64,000 bases of DNA from Malacoraja senta (lineage: Eukaryota): the NCBI GenBank assembly GCA_038087875.1, contig JAXLNO010004584.1:186001-250000 (forward strand), in the 5' to 3' direction. Below, piece by piece: positions 47,001 through 59,845 of this stretch. Below the pieces are notes generated by a model that saw only the letters and a list, made by a program, of their open reading frames with translations, did not search any database and was not told the DNA's origin. The stretch's first letter is position 1, and every line of letters starts with the position of its first letter. The translations under genes were made by a program, and so were the position numbers.

Positions 47001-48818
47001 TAGTCACAAATGTTTCCATTTTAAAATGTCTAAATTGCACAAAAGGATTCAGATTTATCAAATCTACAAGAATCCTACATCCTCCATCCTTTTTTGATCG
47101 AGGGAATATATTTGACACAAATTGGTGACTTTGGTAGACTGATTTTTCAATAACCCCTTTTTTATATAGGGTTTCAATTGCAACCTGAACCTCCATCACT
47201 TCTTTTTGTACAAAGTGCAGAGTTCGGCTAGGAACATGCTGAACAGGCAAATCATAATTTGGATTGAATTCAATTCGAAATCCTTGTATATATTATTCAG
47301 GATTACCACATCTGAAGTAATTTTCTTCCAATTATTATAGAAGGAATGTAACCTGCCTCCAACTTTTGGACTTAATCCAGTTAGTATGTTCCCATGAGAA
47401 CCAGGTCCACCTACCTCTTGAGTCATTTGAGTACCCTGAGATTCCTGGGTTCTCCCGGAAGCACACCCACTGGTTCTTGCTCCCGCTGCAGGCCGCCAAC
47501 TACGTCCCTGCGTTGATGAGCGACTTGGTCCAGGATCCGTATGATGTCTGAAAGGATACTTCCTCTTTACAGACTTCACAACCATTGATGTCTTCATCAA
47601 TCCTGTTTTCGCTTCATCTTCCAACTCTTTAATACGTCTCCCGAGATCTCTCCAAAGAGTAAGTTGGGTAATTTGTATATTACTTGGTTTGCAGAGTGCT
47701 GCGAATTTCGGATTCATAGTAGACCGTATAGCACTTCTCGAAGTGGGTGCTGCATAGCAACCCCAGTGCTTGCTGATGCAACTTCGTCATCTTTTGGTTG
47801 TTACCTGCTATTCTGGTAAAAGCAGTTATTCCAGAACCCAGCAGCTTTAATATTCTCTGCAACTGATTCCAGATACTCTTGCAGTCTCATCCATTTCATG
47901 CTGTTCCAGCTAATGGTAAACCAAGTAATTTATTAAGGAGGCCAGTTCTTCCTAATGGCTCTCCTGACCCTGACGGGGCAGCGAATCCTACTACCAGGGG
48001 TGGAACATCTGGCAGCTGCCTTTCATCACCTTGTACAGCCTCACCGTCAGAGTCGGGGTCTGAAATCTCATGACCCGTAGCACGCTCCTCATTCCTGAGG
48101 GTGCATTCCATCAGCCCTGAGCCAGGTGCTGTTAAGCTGCTCCTGCAGCTTGGATTACAGTACACTCCTTCCTGAGTGAACTTTTGCTCCAACAACCTAT
48201 AAAAAAGGCTTCTATTTGGGCAATACGCTCGAAAGCAGTATCTAGCCCTGTACCAGGAGCCGTTTGAGCTGTTTCCAGCAGCTTGGCTTTCAGAACACTC
48301 CTCCCTGAGTGAACATTGCTCCAACAGCCTGTGTAAAAGGCTTTTTATTTGGGCAATACGCTCTAAAGCAGTATCTAGCCCTGGAGCTTCTTCATTGCCT
48401 GGGACTCCCTCCGTTGGGATTTAAACTTTGTCTTTTGCCCGACAGGTGCTGACTGTGTTTTCACCAGCCCCAGGTCCACAGTCGCTATGCTCACCGCTGG
48501 CGACTGTACCGGGGTTTAGAGGCGGTTGGTCTCTAACCGCGGACTCCCGACTTTCCCGACTTCTGTCGGCTATGTCGCTCGCCTCTTCCCCCTGTCCGTT
48601 TTTTCCCATGGCGTCTGTGGAAAAAATCGCCATAGACCCACAGTAAACGGACCTGGAAAACCTGTAAAAAAGTTTTTACTTACCTTGTAGTTGAAAAACT
48701 ACAAACCACTCGAGGAGCACTGCTCCTCACGTCCGTTTGCGTCAAGGCATCTGACGTAATGACGCGCAGGCGCACTGGCGGGGTTCTTCACGTAGTCACT
48801 CACGTGACTCCGAAGTAA
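44025..48818 (-). mobile_element. Full-length DIRS1-like tyrosine-recombinase retrotransposon (gag-like, RT/RH, MT-like, YR), ORFs disrupted
   Basis: RT (GGCRILVDL, IDLKDAY, AYLDD), RH (LQTDAS), MT-like (AIDAFS..FPPF), YR (SHSTRAA...AAAGWS); short ITRs; ICR at 44257-44368 complementary to both ends. Confidence 0.95.
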
Positions 48819-48849
48819 AATCTGTAATAATTAAGTGTAAATTGCTTAC

Positions 48850-48999
48850 TAAAGTATTTCTGTTTTCTGTTCAGTTCACCAAGAGTAGCAAAGCCTTGAA
48901 GTATTGATATAAGCAGTGTCTCAAGATCACACTTCGTCCTTGATGTCATGTTGCATAAGCGGAGCTCAGTTTTCAAAGTTCATCCAAACAAATCCTCAG
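48850..48999 (-). pseudogene. ZW10: ZW10 exon 6-like (150 bp) with an in-frame TGA
   Basis: EDLFG*TLKTELRLC...GFATLGELNRKQKYF matches LQTELHLY...AFSVLGELHSKLKSF; TGA at 48982-48980. Confidence 0.8.
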
Positions 49000-49859
49000 C
49001 TGCAGGAAAACAAGCGATTAGTTCCTACTCCTGTGTTACCTGTTCTCTAGGATTCAACACCATGAATTACTTCTTCAGTGGAGACACACAAGGGAAGTCA
49101 CTGAATTGGTGCACAAGCTCCCTCTAATGGATTCACTGAGTATAATACATTGCCACATTCTGTTTTCACAGATCCATAAATGGTATTGTAACCAAGGAGC
49201 TTTTATACAAAGGAGAGAAAAACAAGGTTTAAAAAAAGTTATTTAACTTCTGACAACTACAAAGTCAAGACATCAGGGTGAAAAGGGAGGTAAAATAAAA
49301 CATTGATCCTTTGTCAAATTTCCGTTCCATTTATTAATGGTGTATGTGGCAAGTGTAATGCATCAGGAAACCACGCTGTTTTATTCCAGCAAGCTGTTAA
49401 AGTCGTGATATCAGGACATAACGCATGCTAGAAAATCTCCAAGGCCCGTGCACCTGGGAAACCCCAGCAATATCATTCATCTTAAGTAGGATTGGGAATT
49501 TCCAACCAAAATTCATACATCGTTCAGCAACTTCCATGAACTAATTTCCACAACGGCAGATGCGGATTTAATAATTACGTGTAATTATTAAATGTATTGC
49601 AAGTGTAATTATTGATTCAGTGTAAACCTATCACACCTCATCACTGTGATGGTGTTGCTGCATTTCCTCATTAAGAATTGTAGTTAAACTACACAATGAA
49701 AAAAACGTTGTATCATATGATTTTCAAATCAAAACAACCTTTTCCTTTAATACATAAAGTCTGATGGAACTAGTATTGAATTACTCCCAACTAATCTGGA
49801 TATTCACACCTTAAGGCTTGGCTTCAATATTTCTCCAGAAGTAAAATGTGTTCATTCAC

Positions 49860-50024
49860 CTTTTGTTGGTGCTGGGGAAGGTTCCATACTGCCAGCTGTT
49901 TCCACTCTTCCCCTAAATGATACAATGATTTCTCCTTCTGCACAACGAGCTCTGCATCAAGTGCTTGCAACATCTTCAGCTCAACACCCTTCCTTGATTT
50001 TAGTAAGGTAAGATTGTGCTGTGC
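49860..50024 (-). pseudogene. ZW10: ZW10 exon 5-like (165 bp), apparent 1-bp deletion near the 3' end
   Basis: AQHNLTLLKSRKGVELKML...YHLGEEWKQLAVW matches AQKCLKLLKSRK...YHLGEEWQKLIVW; it ends in phase 0 but exon 6 needs phase 1. Confidence 0.85.
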
Positions 50025-50774
50025 CTTGCAAATAGAAGCAGAAATGCAAGACATTGTAACTTTGCAAACCGTAATTGAACTTAGCAACCAAGAAATTCTT
50101 GAAATTCTTGACACTTATGACAAGATATTTTAATCTTGTCATAAGTGTCAGTTAAAATTTCAGATGCAGAAACAAGCAATATCTTCACAGAATGCAGCAC
50201 ATTATCCCTAAAAACATGAAGCTTTTGATCAAATACATTGTGGGATATATCTGAGCACCAAAGCTTGAAATGTGCCTTTGTCATCACACGTCAAGGTAAC
50301 CGTTGTGCAAAAATTATCTCAACATGTTTGAGAAATGTGATGATCCCATTTGAAAGCAATTTTCTCTTAGTCATCAACAACCCACCCACCCCATCTCCAA
50401 TTTCCTCTATCCCTTTTACCCCATCATCAATCCCAGACTTCACCAGACTTACATTGATTCACTGTTAGTAGTCTGGCCTTCAGCTGCCTTGGGCCATAAA
50501 CTCTGAAATAGCCTCCATAAGGTGCTTCTTTTTCTTTAAAACACTATATTTAACTAATGAACATAAATCAAGAGCTTTGGGATAGATTTTCTTTCTTCAG
50601 TAATCAATGTTAGGACATTGGGTCTGTTATACAAATGTAAGTGGCTTATGTTGTTTTAACAGAACCAATTTAGTGCCACAAGAATTTTTCCTTAAATGTT
50701 GAATTGACTTTTACAATACCTGAGCAGCAAGATTGATGGCTCCAAAGACAGATGTGTTTGATAGGCATACTAAC

Positions 50775-50852
50775 CTTATTGAGATGCTCTGCAGATTGGA
50801 CATAAGTTTTTCCCAACAAAGCTTGCTCATGAGTTTCTAAGGCTGTATCAAA
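50775..50852 (-). pseudogene. ZW10: ZW10 exon 4-like (78 bp, FDTALETHEQALLGKTYVQSAEHLNK)
   Basis: ccag acceptor and gttagt donor; 26 codons like human [26 protein letters not shown]. Confidence 0.8.
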
Positions 50853-53111
50853 CTGGAAAAAAATAACAAATATTAAAATGAGTCACGCAAACTAATTCTA
50901 GCAGTCCCAAAAGTCTGCAAGTCAAACAAAGAAAACTATAAACAATAGATCTTTGATTATCTCAGAATACAAAATCTATGTTCATAAGATCATAAGAAAT
51001 AGGAGCAGAATTAGGCCATTCAGCCCATTAAGTCTACTTTGCCATTCAATCATGGCTGATCTATCTCTCCATCCTAACCCCATTCTCCTGCCTTCTCCCC
51101 ATAACCTCTGACCCCCCATGCTAATCAATAATCTATTTCTGCCTTAAAAATATCCACTGACTTTTCCTCCACAGCCTTCTGTGGCAAAGAATTTCACAGA
51201 TTACCCAACCTCCGACTAAAGAAATTTCTCCTGTTTAAGAAAGAACTGCAGATGCTAGAAAAATCAAAGGCAGACAAAAATGCTGGAGAAACTCAGCGGG
51301 TGAGGCAGCGTCTATGGTGCGAAGGAATAGGAGTCGTTTCGGGTCGAGAAACTTCTTCAGACTGATGTGGGGGTGGGGGGCGGGAAGAAGAAAGGAAGAG
51401 GCGGAGGCACTAGGCTGTGGGAGAGCTGGGAAGGAGATGGAAGGAGGGAGAAAGCAAGGACTACTTGAAATTGGAGAAGTCAATTTGCATACCGCTGGGG
51501 TGTAACCTGCTCAAGCAAAATATGAGGGGCTGTTCTTCCAATTTGCGGTGGGACTCTCTCAGGCCATGGAGGAGGCCCAGGACAGAAAGGTCAGATTCAG
51601 AATGGGAATGGGAGTTGAAGTGCTGAGCCACCGGGAGATCAGGTTGGTTAATGCGAACTGAGCGGAGGTGTTGAGCGAAGGAATCGCCAAGCCTGCGCTG
51701 GGTCTCACCGATGTAGAGCAGTTGACACCTAGAACAGCGGATGCAATAGATGAGGTTGGAGGAGGTGCAGGAGGCCTCACCCGGAAAGACTGCTTGGGTC
51801 CTTGGATGGAGTCGTGGGGGACGTAAAGCAACAAGTGTAGCATTGGAAAGTACCAGGGGAGGGGATGGTTTGGGCGGGAAGGAACGAATTGACCAGGGAG
51901 TTACGGAGGGAGCGGTCTCTGTGGAAAGCCGAAAGGGGAGGAGATGGGAAGATGTGGCCAGTGGGTGGGATCCCGTTGGAGGTGGCGAAAAAGTCGAAAA
52001 GGGTGAAAATAAATTTCTCCTGATCTGCTTCTTAAAAGAACTTCCTGTAATCCTGAGGCTGTGCCCTCCAATCTTAAACTCTCCCACTAGTGGGAACATC
52101 CTCTCCACAGCCACTCTATCCAAGCCGTTCACTATTCTATAAGTTTCAACGAGGTCTTCCCTCATTCTCTTAAACTCCAGCGAGTACAGGCCCAGTGCTG
52201 TCATACGGTCATATGTTAACTTATTCATTCCCAGGATCTTTCTTGTAAACCTCCTCTGGACCCTCTCCAGAGCCAGCACATCCTTCCTCGGATATGGTGC
52301 TCAAAATATCCCAAATGCAGCCTGACCAGCGCCTCAGCATTACATCCCTCTTGTTGTATACAAGCCCTCTCAAAATAAATGCTAACATTGCATTTGCTTT
52401 CTTTAATACCGATTCGACTCGCAGATTAACTTTTTGGGAATCCTGCACCAATGCTCTCGTCCATTTCCATCTCCAATTTCTGAATTCTCTCCCCATTTAG
52501 AAAATAATCTACATCTTTATTCCTACTACCAAAATGCCTGACTCCACACTTTGCTAAGCTGTATTCCATCTGCCACTTCTCTGCTCACTCTCGCAACCTA
52601 TCCAAGTCCTTCTGCAGAGTCCATGCTTTCTTTACCTGCCCCTCCACCTATTTTCGTACCACCCGCAAACTAGGCCACAAAGCCTTCAATCCCCTCATCC
52701 CCTCATCCAAATCATTATGAAGTTCGTAAGTGGCAGGAGCAGAATTAGGCCATTCAGCCCATCATCTACATATTCAATTATGGTTGATCTATCTCTCCTT
52801 CTCAATCCCATCCTCCAGCCTTCTTTCCATAACCCCTGAAATAGCCTCCATAAGGTGCTTTGTTTTCCTTTAAAACACCTCTATATTTAACTTATGAACA
52901 TAAATCAAGAGCTTTGGGGTAGATTTTCTTTCTTCAGTAATCAATGTTAGGACATTGGATCTGTTATACAAATGTAAGTGGCTTATGTTGTTTTAACAGA
53001 ACCAATTTAGTGCCACAAGAATTTTTCCTTAAATGTTGAATTGACTTTTACAATACCCGAGCAGCAAGATTGATGGCTCCAAAGACAGATGTGTTTGATA
53101 GGCATACTAAC

Positions 53112-53189
53112 CTTATTGAGATGCTCTGCAGATTGGACATAAGTTTTTCCCAACAAAGCTTGCTCATGAGTTTCTAGGGCTGTATCAAA
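53112..53189 (-). pseudogene. ZW10: Second ZW10 exon 4-like copy
   Basis: Same peptide as 50775-50852 with one synonymous difference seen. Confidence 0.8.
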
Positions 53190-55469
53190 CTGGAAAAAAA
53201 TAAGAAATATTAAAATGAGTCACGCAAACTAATTCTAGCAGTCCCAAATGTCTGCAAGTCAAACAAAGAAAACTATAAACAATAGATCTTTGATTATCTC
53301 AGAATACAAAATCTATGTTCATAAGATCATAAGAAATAGGAGCAGAATTAGGCCATTCAGCCCATTAAGTCTACTTTGCCATTCAATCATGGCTGATCTA
53401 TCTCTCCATCCTAACCCCATTCTCCTGCCTTCTCCCCATAACCTCTGACCCCCCATGCTAATCAATAAACTATTTCTGCCTTAAAAATATCCACTGACTT
53501 TTCCTCCACAGCCTTCTGTGGCAAAGAATTTCACAGATTACCCAACCTCCGACTAAAAAAATTTCTCCTGTTTAAGAAAGAACTGCAGATGCTAGAAAAA
53601 TCAAAGGCAGACAAAAATGCTGGAGAAACTCAGCGGGTGAGGCAGCATCTATGGTGCGAAGGATTAGGAGACGTTTCGGGTCGAGAACCTTCTTCAGACT
53701 GATGTGGGGGTGGGGGGCGGGAAGAAGAAAGGAAGAGGCGGAGACACTAGGCTGTGGGAGAGCTGGGAAGGAGATGGAAGGAGGGAGAAAGCAAGGACTA
53801 CTTGAAATTGGAGAAGTCAATTTGCATAAGGCAGGTACGGGATACTAAGGCAGGTACAGGATACTGAGTTGGATGATCAGCCATGATCACATTGAATGGC
53901 GATGCAGGCTCGAAGGGCCGAATGGCCTACTCCTGCACCTATTTTCTATGTATCTATGTATACCGCTGGGGTGTAACCTGCCCAAGCAAAATATGAGGTG
54001 CTGTTCTTCCAATTTGCGGTGGGACTCTCTCTGGCCATGGAGGAGGCCCAGGACAGAAAGGTCAGATTCAGAATGGGAGGGGGAGTTGAAGTGCTGAGCC
54101 ACCGGGAGATCAGGTTGGTTAATGCGAACTGAGCGGAGGTGTTGAGCGAAGCGATCGCCAAGCCTGCGCTGGGTCTCACCGATGTGGAGCAGTTGACACC
54201 TAGAACAGCAGATGCAATAGATGAGGTTGGAGGAGGTGCAGGAGGCCTCACCCGGAAAGACTGCTTGGGTCCTTGGATGGAGTCGTGGGGGACGTAAAGC
54301 GACAAGTGTAGCATTTCCTGCAGTTGCAACGGAAAGTACCAGGGGAGGGGATGGTTTGGGCGGGAAGGAACGAATTGACCAGGGAGTTACGGAGGGAGCG
54401 CTCTCTGTGGAAAGCCGAAAGGGGAGGAGATGGGAAGATGTGGCCAGTGGGTGGGATCCCGTTGGAGGTGGCGAAAAAGTCGAAAAGGGCGAAAATAAAT
54501 TTCTCCTGATCTGCTTCTTAAAAGAACTTCCTGTAATCCTGAGGCTGTGACCTCCAATCTTAGACTCTCCCACTAGTGGGAACATCCTCTCCACAGCCAC
54601 TCTATCCAAGCCGTTCACTATTCTATAAGTTTCAACGAGGTCTTCCCTCATTCTCTTAAACTCCAGCGAGTACAGGCCCAGTGCTGTCATACGGTCATAT
54701 GTTAACTTATTCATTCCCGGGATCTTTCTTGTAAACCTCCTCTGGACCCTCTCCAGAGCCAGCACATCCTTCCTCGGATATGGTGCTCAAAATATCCCAA
54801 ATGCAGCCTGACCAGCGCCTCAGCATTACATCCCTCTTGTTGTATACAAGCCCTCTCAAAATAAATGCTAACATTGCATTTGCTTTCTTTAATACCGATT
54901 CGACTCGCAGATTAACTTTTTGGGAATCCTGCACCAATGCTCCCAAGTCCATTTCCATCTCCAATTTCTGAATTCTCTCCCCATTTAGAAAATAATCTAC
55001 ACCTTTATTCCTACTACCAAAATGCATGACTCCACACTTTGCTAAGCTGTATTCCATCTGCCACTTCTCTGCTCACTCTCCCAACCTATCCAAGTCCTTC
55101 TGCAGAGTCCCTGCTTTCTTTACCTGCTCCTCCACCTATTTTTATACCACCTGCAAACTTGGCCACAAAGCCTTCAATCCCCTCATCCAAATCATTATGA
55201 AGTTCGTTAGTGGCAGGAGCAGAATTAGGCCATTCAGCCCATCATCTACATATTCAATTATGGTTGATCTATCTCTCCTTCTCAATCCCATCCTCCAGCC
55301 TTCTTTCCATAACCCCTGACTAATCAAGAATCTATCTATCTCAGTCTTAAAAATATATATTGATGGCCTCTACAGCCATCTGTGGCAATGAATTCAAGGG
55401 AAAATGTATAGATGAGAACCAAGTAAAATTCCAGAATGGGGAAAATAAGAAGTCCTTGAATATATTTAC

Positions 55470-55571
55470 TTCCAGCAATTGTGTTAACACACTCAATAAA
55501 CCTGTACTTTTTTCCAACTTTTGTTTCAGTTCACTGAACTCAATAGAAGCACCATGGAGGTCTCTCTGCAC
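55470..55571 (-). pseudogene. ZW10: ZW10 exon 3-like copy (VQRDLHGASIEFSELKQKLEKSTGLLSVLTQLLE)
   Basis: Paralogous to 34265-34366 with 2 amino-acid differences; canonical splice sites. Confidence 0.85.
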
Positions 55572-56899
55572 CTGTTTAAAAAAAACATGCAAGATAATCA
55601 CCGAAAACTCTGCACCTTAAATCTAAAGTACATACTTCATATCTCAATTTTTAGCTCTAAATAAAAATCATGATTAGTACGATGCACGCTATGTCAACAA
55701 GAGAGAAAATGATGTTTTTTTCTAAATATTTTGGTCAAGGAGCCTAGATAGAACCCGGCATAATCAGTAAATGTAAAATCATTCAGAGAGAGTTTTTAAA
55801 TCACGTTTCCAATGCTTTTACATTTATTGATAAGGTAACTACATCATGAAAGTTGTATTTAAAACTTTGAGAAAAAATAAATAGCACCAAAATGTTAGCA
55901 GCTGTTCAGCAGACTTGGTTTCTTTACGTGTATTATGTTGGCAACAACATAATTAACTGTTTTATGACAGAGTGGTGAATCTCTGGAATTCTCTGCCACA
56001 GAAGGTAGTTGAGGCCAGTTCATTGGCTATATTTAAGAGGGAGTTAGATGTGGCCCTTGTGGCTAAGGGGATCAGGGGGTATGTAGAGAAGGCAGGTACG
56101 GTATACTGAGTTGGATGATCACCCATGATCATATTGAATTGCGGTGCAGGCTAGAAGGGCCGAATGGCCTACTCCTGCACGTATTTTCTATGTTTCTATG
56201 AAATAGCATGGAATGGACCACAAGAACTCCTGAATATTTTAATTAATAAACATTATTTAAATAAAGTCTCAGTCTTACTGTGCGCAAACAGGCCCTTCGG
56301 CCCAACATGTCCCATCTACACCAGTGCCACCTGCCTGCGATTGGCCCATATCTCTGTAAACCTGTCCTATCCATGTACCTGCCAAATGTCTCTTAACCAA
56401 TGCAATAGCAGACTTGGTTTCAACTTCCTCAACTACCTCCCCCTGGCAGCTCGGTCCATCCACCCACCACCCTTTATACAGTCAGAGCCTTACAGACCAA
56501 CATGTCCCATCTACACCAGTTCCACTTGCCTGCATTTGGCCCACATTACTCTAAACCTGTCCTATCTATGTACCCGTCTAATTGCTTCTTAAATGTTACG
56601 ATTGTCCCTGCCTCAACTACCTCCTCCGGCAGCTCATTCCTTACACACACCACCCTTCGCATGAAAAAGTTACTCAGATTCCCATGAAATCTTTGCCCCT
56701 TCACCTTAAACCTATGCCCCCTGGTTCTCAATTCCCCTATTCTGGGCAAGAGACTGTGTGTCCACCTGATCTATTCCACTCATGATTTTATATACCCCTG
56801 TAAGATCACCCCTCATCCTCCTGTGCTACAGGGAATAGAGTTCCAGCTTGCTCAACCTCTTCCCATACCTCTAGTCCTGGCAACATCCTTGTAAATCAT

Positions 56900-58968
56900 T
56901 CAATTCAATTCAATTCAATTCAATTCCTTTATTGTCATCTTGCAAGCAACAGTTGTGCAGTGCAAAACGAAAAGACGTTTCCCAGGGAATACCCGAGCAT
57001 CGCACATGACGTTTAAAACATTTCACACATAATAATAATAACAAAACTAAAACAATCCAGTCCCTGATGGAACAGTATAAGTTAAAATAGATACAAACAA
57101 CGTTAAAATACAGTAAGACCAATCATAAACATGTCCGTGGTGGCTGATTTGAGTGGCCAGTGCCAGTTATTGAAGTGGCCAGTGCCAGTTATTATAGTGT
57201 CCGTGCCAAGCCGCAGAATCAGGTGACTGAGTACAGAGTGGCTGTTTAGCAGCCTCACAGCATATGGCAGGAAGCTGTTTAGCAGTCTTGTAGTCCGGGC
57301 TTTGATGCTGCGATATCTCTTGCCTGATGGCAGGAGATCCAGGTGTATGTGGAGGGGGTGCATTTTCTCCTTGGCAATTTTTTGGGCATTTTTCCGACAG
57401 TGGCTCAGGAACAGTTCTTGTACCGAGGGTAGGGAGATGCCAATGACCTTCTCTGCTCCCCTCACTACCCTCTGCAGAGCCTTCCTGTCCGAGCAGTTGC
57501 AGGTTGAGTACCACGTATTTAAACAGTACATGAGTACAGACTCCACCGTACCCCTGTAGAAAGTCCTGAGGATGTTGGTGGGGAGTGAGGCCTGTTTTAG
57601 TTTCCTCAGGAAGTGCAGTCGCTGATGGGCCCTTTTGACGGTCCCAGTGGTGTTTCTGGACCAGGTGAGGCTGTCCGTAATTTGCACCCCAAGGAACTTT
57701 ATGCTCTCCACTCTCTCCACTGTGGCGCCACTGATGTTAAGGGGTGCATGCTTTGGCTGCGCCCTCCTGAAGTCGACAACCATCTCCTTTGTTTTTTCCA
57801 CATTTAGTTCTAGATTATTTTTGCTGCACCAGTCCACTAGTTGTTTTACTTCCTCCCTGTACATTGATTCATCATCTCCGCTGATGAGTCCCACCACTGT
57901 TGTGTCATTCGCGAATTTTATGATCATATTGTCCCTGAATCTGGCCGCACAGTCATGTGTGAGCAATGTGAACAACAGCGGGCTGAGCACACAGCCTTGA
58001 GGTGAGCCAGTGCTCAGCGTGATCGAGCCTGAAGTGTTCTTGCCCACACGGACTGACTGCGGTCTCTCTGTCAGAAAGTCCAAGATCCAGTGACACAGGG
58101 TGGTGTTGAGGCCCAGCAGGGTTAGTTTCTCCACAAGTCTCTGTGGGATGATGGTGTTGAACGCAGAGCTGAAGTCAATGTACAGGATTTTGGCGTATGT
58201 GTTACTTTTTTCCAGATGCGTGAGCACTGTGTGCAGCGTGGTAGAGAAGGCGTCCTCTGTAGAACGGTTGAAGCGATAGGCAAACTGGAGCGGGTCTAAC
58301 GATGAGGGGAGGCTGGCAGTAATGTGGGGTTTTACCAGGCGTTCAAAACACTTCATTATTATTGGGGTCAGGGCGACAGGGAGGCCTCATTTAGGCAGGC
58401 CACAACTGGTTTCTTCGCTATTGGGATAATTGTACTCGTTTTGAGGCATGTGGGGACAATGCCTTGACTGAGGGAGATGTTATAGATGTCCGTTAGCACA
58501 TATGCTAACTCCTCAGCACATTCCTTAAGCACACGTTCTGAGATGTTATCGGGTCCGACTGCTTTCCACGGGTTGACCTTAGACAGGATTCTCCGTGTGT
58601 CCATAGGGTCTATGGTCAGGACTGGCTGGTCGGTTTGTATGCAGGGACTGGCTCTCTCCTTGGGTGTGGTGCTTGCTGCATCAAAACGAGCGAAGAAGTT
58701 GTTTAGTTCATCAGGGAGAGAAGAATCCGTGTCAGTTACCTGCTGCCTTGCCCTGTACCCCGTCAGTGTTTGGATTCCCTTCCACATCTTCCTGGTGTCT
58801 CCTGTGTCACAGAGGTGTCCCTGGATTTTTCCCGCGTAGGCACGTTTCGCTGCCCTAATTCCTTTTTCCAGTGCAGTCCTGCTAGATCGAAGAGCGGATG
58901 TGTTACCGGCTCTGTAGGCTTCATCACGAGCCCTCAGCAGTGAGCGTACCACTGCTATCATCCCAGGC
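56900..58968 (-). mobile_element. Rex1/Babar LINE, 5'-truncated, (GAATT)n tail
   Basis: ORFs 58368-58991 and 57103-58356 ([33 protein letters not shown]); catalytic motif reads FAND; tail gacaataaaggaattgaattgaa. Confidence 0.9.
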
Positions 58969-59662
58969 TTTATATACCTCTGTACGATCACCCCTCATCC
59001 TCCTGTGCTACAGGGAATAGAGTTCCAGCTTGCTCAACCTCTTCCTATACCTCAGACACCTCTAGTCCTGGCAACATCCTTGTAAATCATCTCTGCATCC
59101 TTTCCAACTTAACAACATCTTTCCTTTAATGTGGTGCCCAGAACTGAACACAATACTCTAAAGGTAGACAATAATGCTGGGAAAACTCAGCAGGTGAAGC
59201 AGCATATATGGAGCGAAGGAATAGGTGACATTTCGGGTCGAGACCCTTCTTTAGACTGAAGAAGGGTCTCGACGCAAAACGTCACCTACTCCTTCGCTCC
59301 ATAGATGCTGCCTCACGTGCTGAGCTTTTCCAGCATTTTTGTCTACCTTAGATTTTTCCAGCATTTTTGCAGTTCTTTCTTAAACAATACTCTAAAGGCA
59401 GCCTCACCAACATCTTATATAACTGCAACATGACCTCCCAACTATACTCAATACTCTGACTGATGCAGGCCACTTCCTGCTGTCAAACATTAATTCTTAG
59501 CAATATTACAGTTCTGTACAAGCATCCATGAATCATTACTGTATGAATAATGTTCATCTGTGAACAAGGAATTTCTTTGCACCCTCACCCTGGTGTATAT
59601 GACAATAAACAGATCTGATCACTCCCACGTGTGCTGGGGCTGTGTAAGCATTACTAATTCAC

Positions 59663-59845
59663 CTTTACAGTGTTGTGGATCTCAGATGTCATCAGGTTTC
59701 TGGCAGTCACGAGCAATTCTTGACATTTCTTCCTGGCAAAATGAACATTAACATTTCTTGCATATTTCAATAGGTCCGTGGAATGACTCTGCAAAAACTG
59801 CATCTTTTTGAGTTTTTCCTCAAATTTATCTGTTGCTTTTATCAC
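59663..59845 (-). pseudogene. ZW10: Second ZW10 exon 9-like copy
   Basis: Identical translation to 36270-36452, at offset 23393. Confidence 0.92.

Larger units (their letters stand above)
50503..55319. repeat. Tandem duplication of a ~2.3-kb unit (50503-52839 and 52836-55319) containing ZW10 exon 4
   Basis: Colinear sequence at offset ~2333-2337; ctga microhomology at the junction; the second copy has an extra CR1 3' tail at ~53829-53960. Confidence 0.9.

Noticed and set aside
50081-50287. 68-aa ORF between ZW10 exons 4 and 5 as an extra exon
   Set aside because: No similarity to ZW10; exons 4 and 5 are already accounted for on either side.
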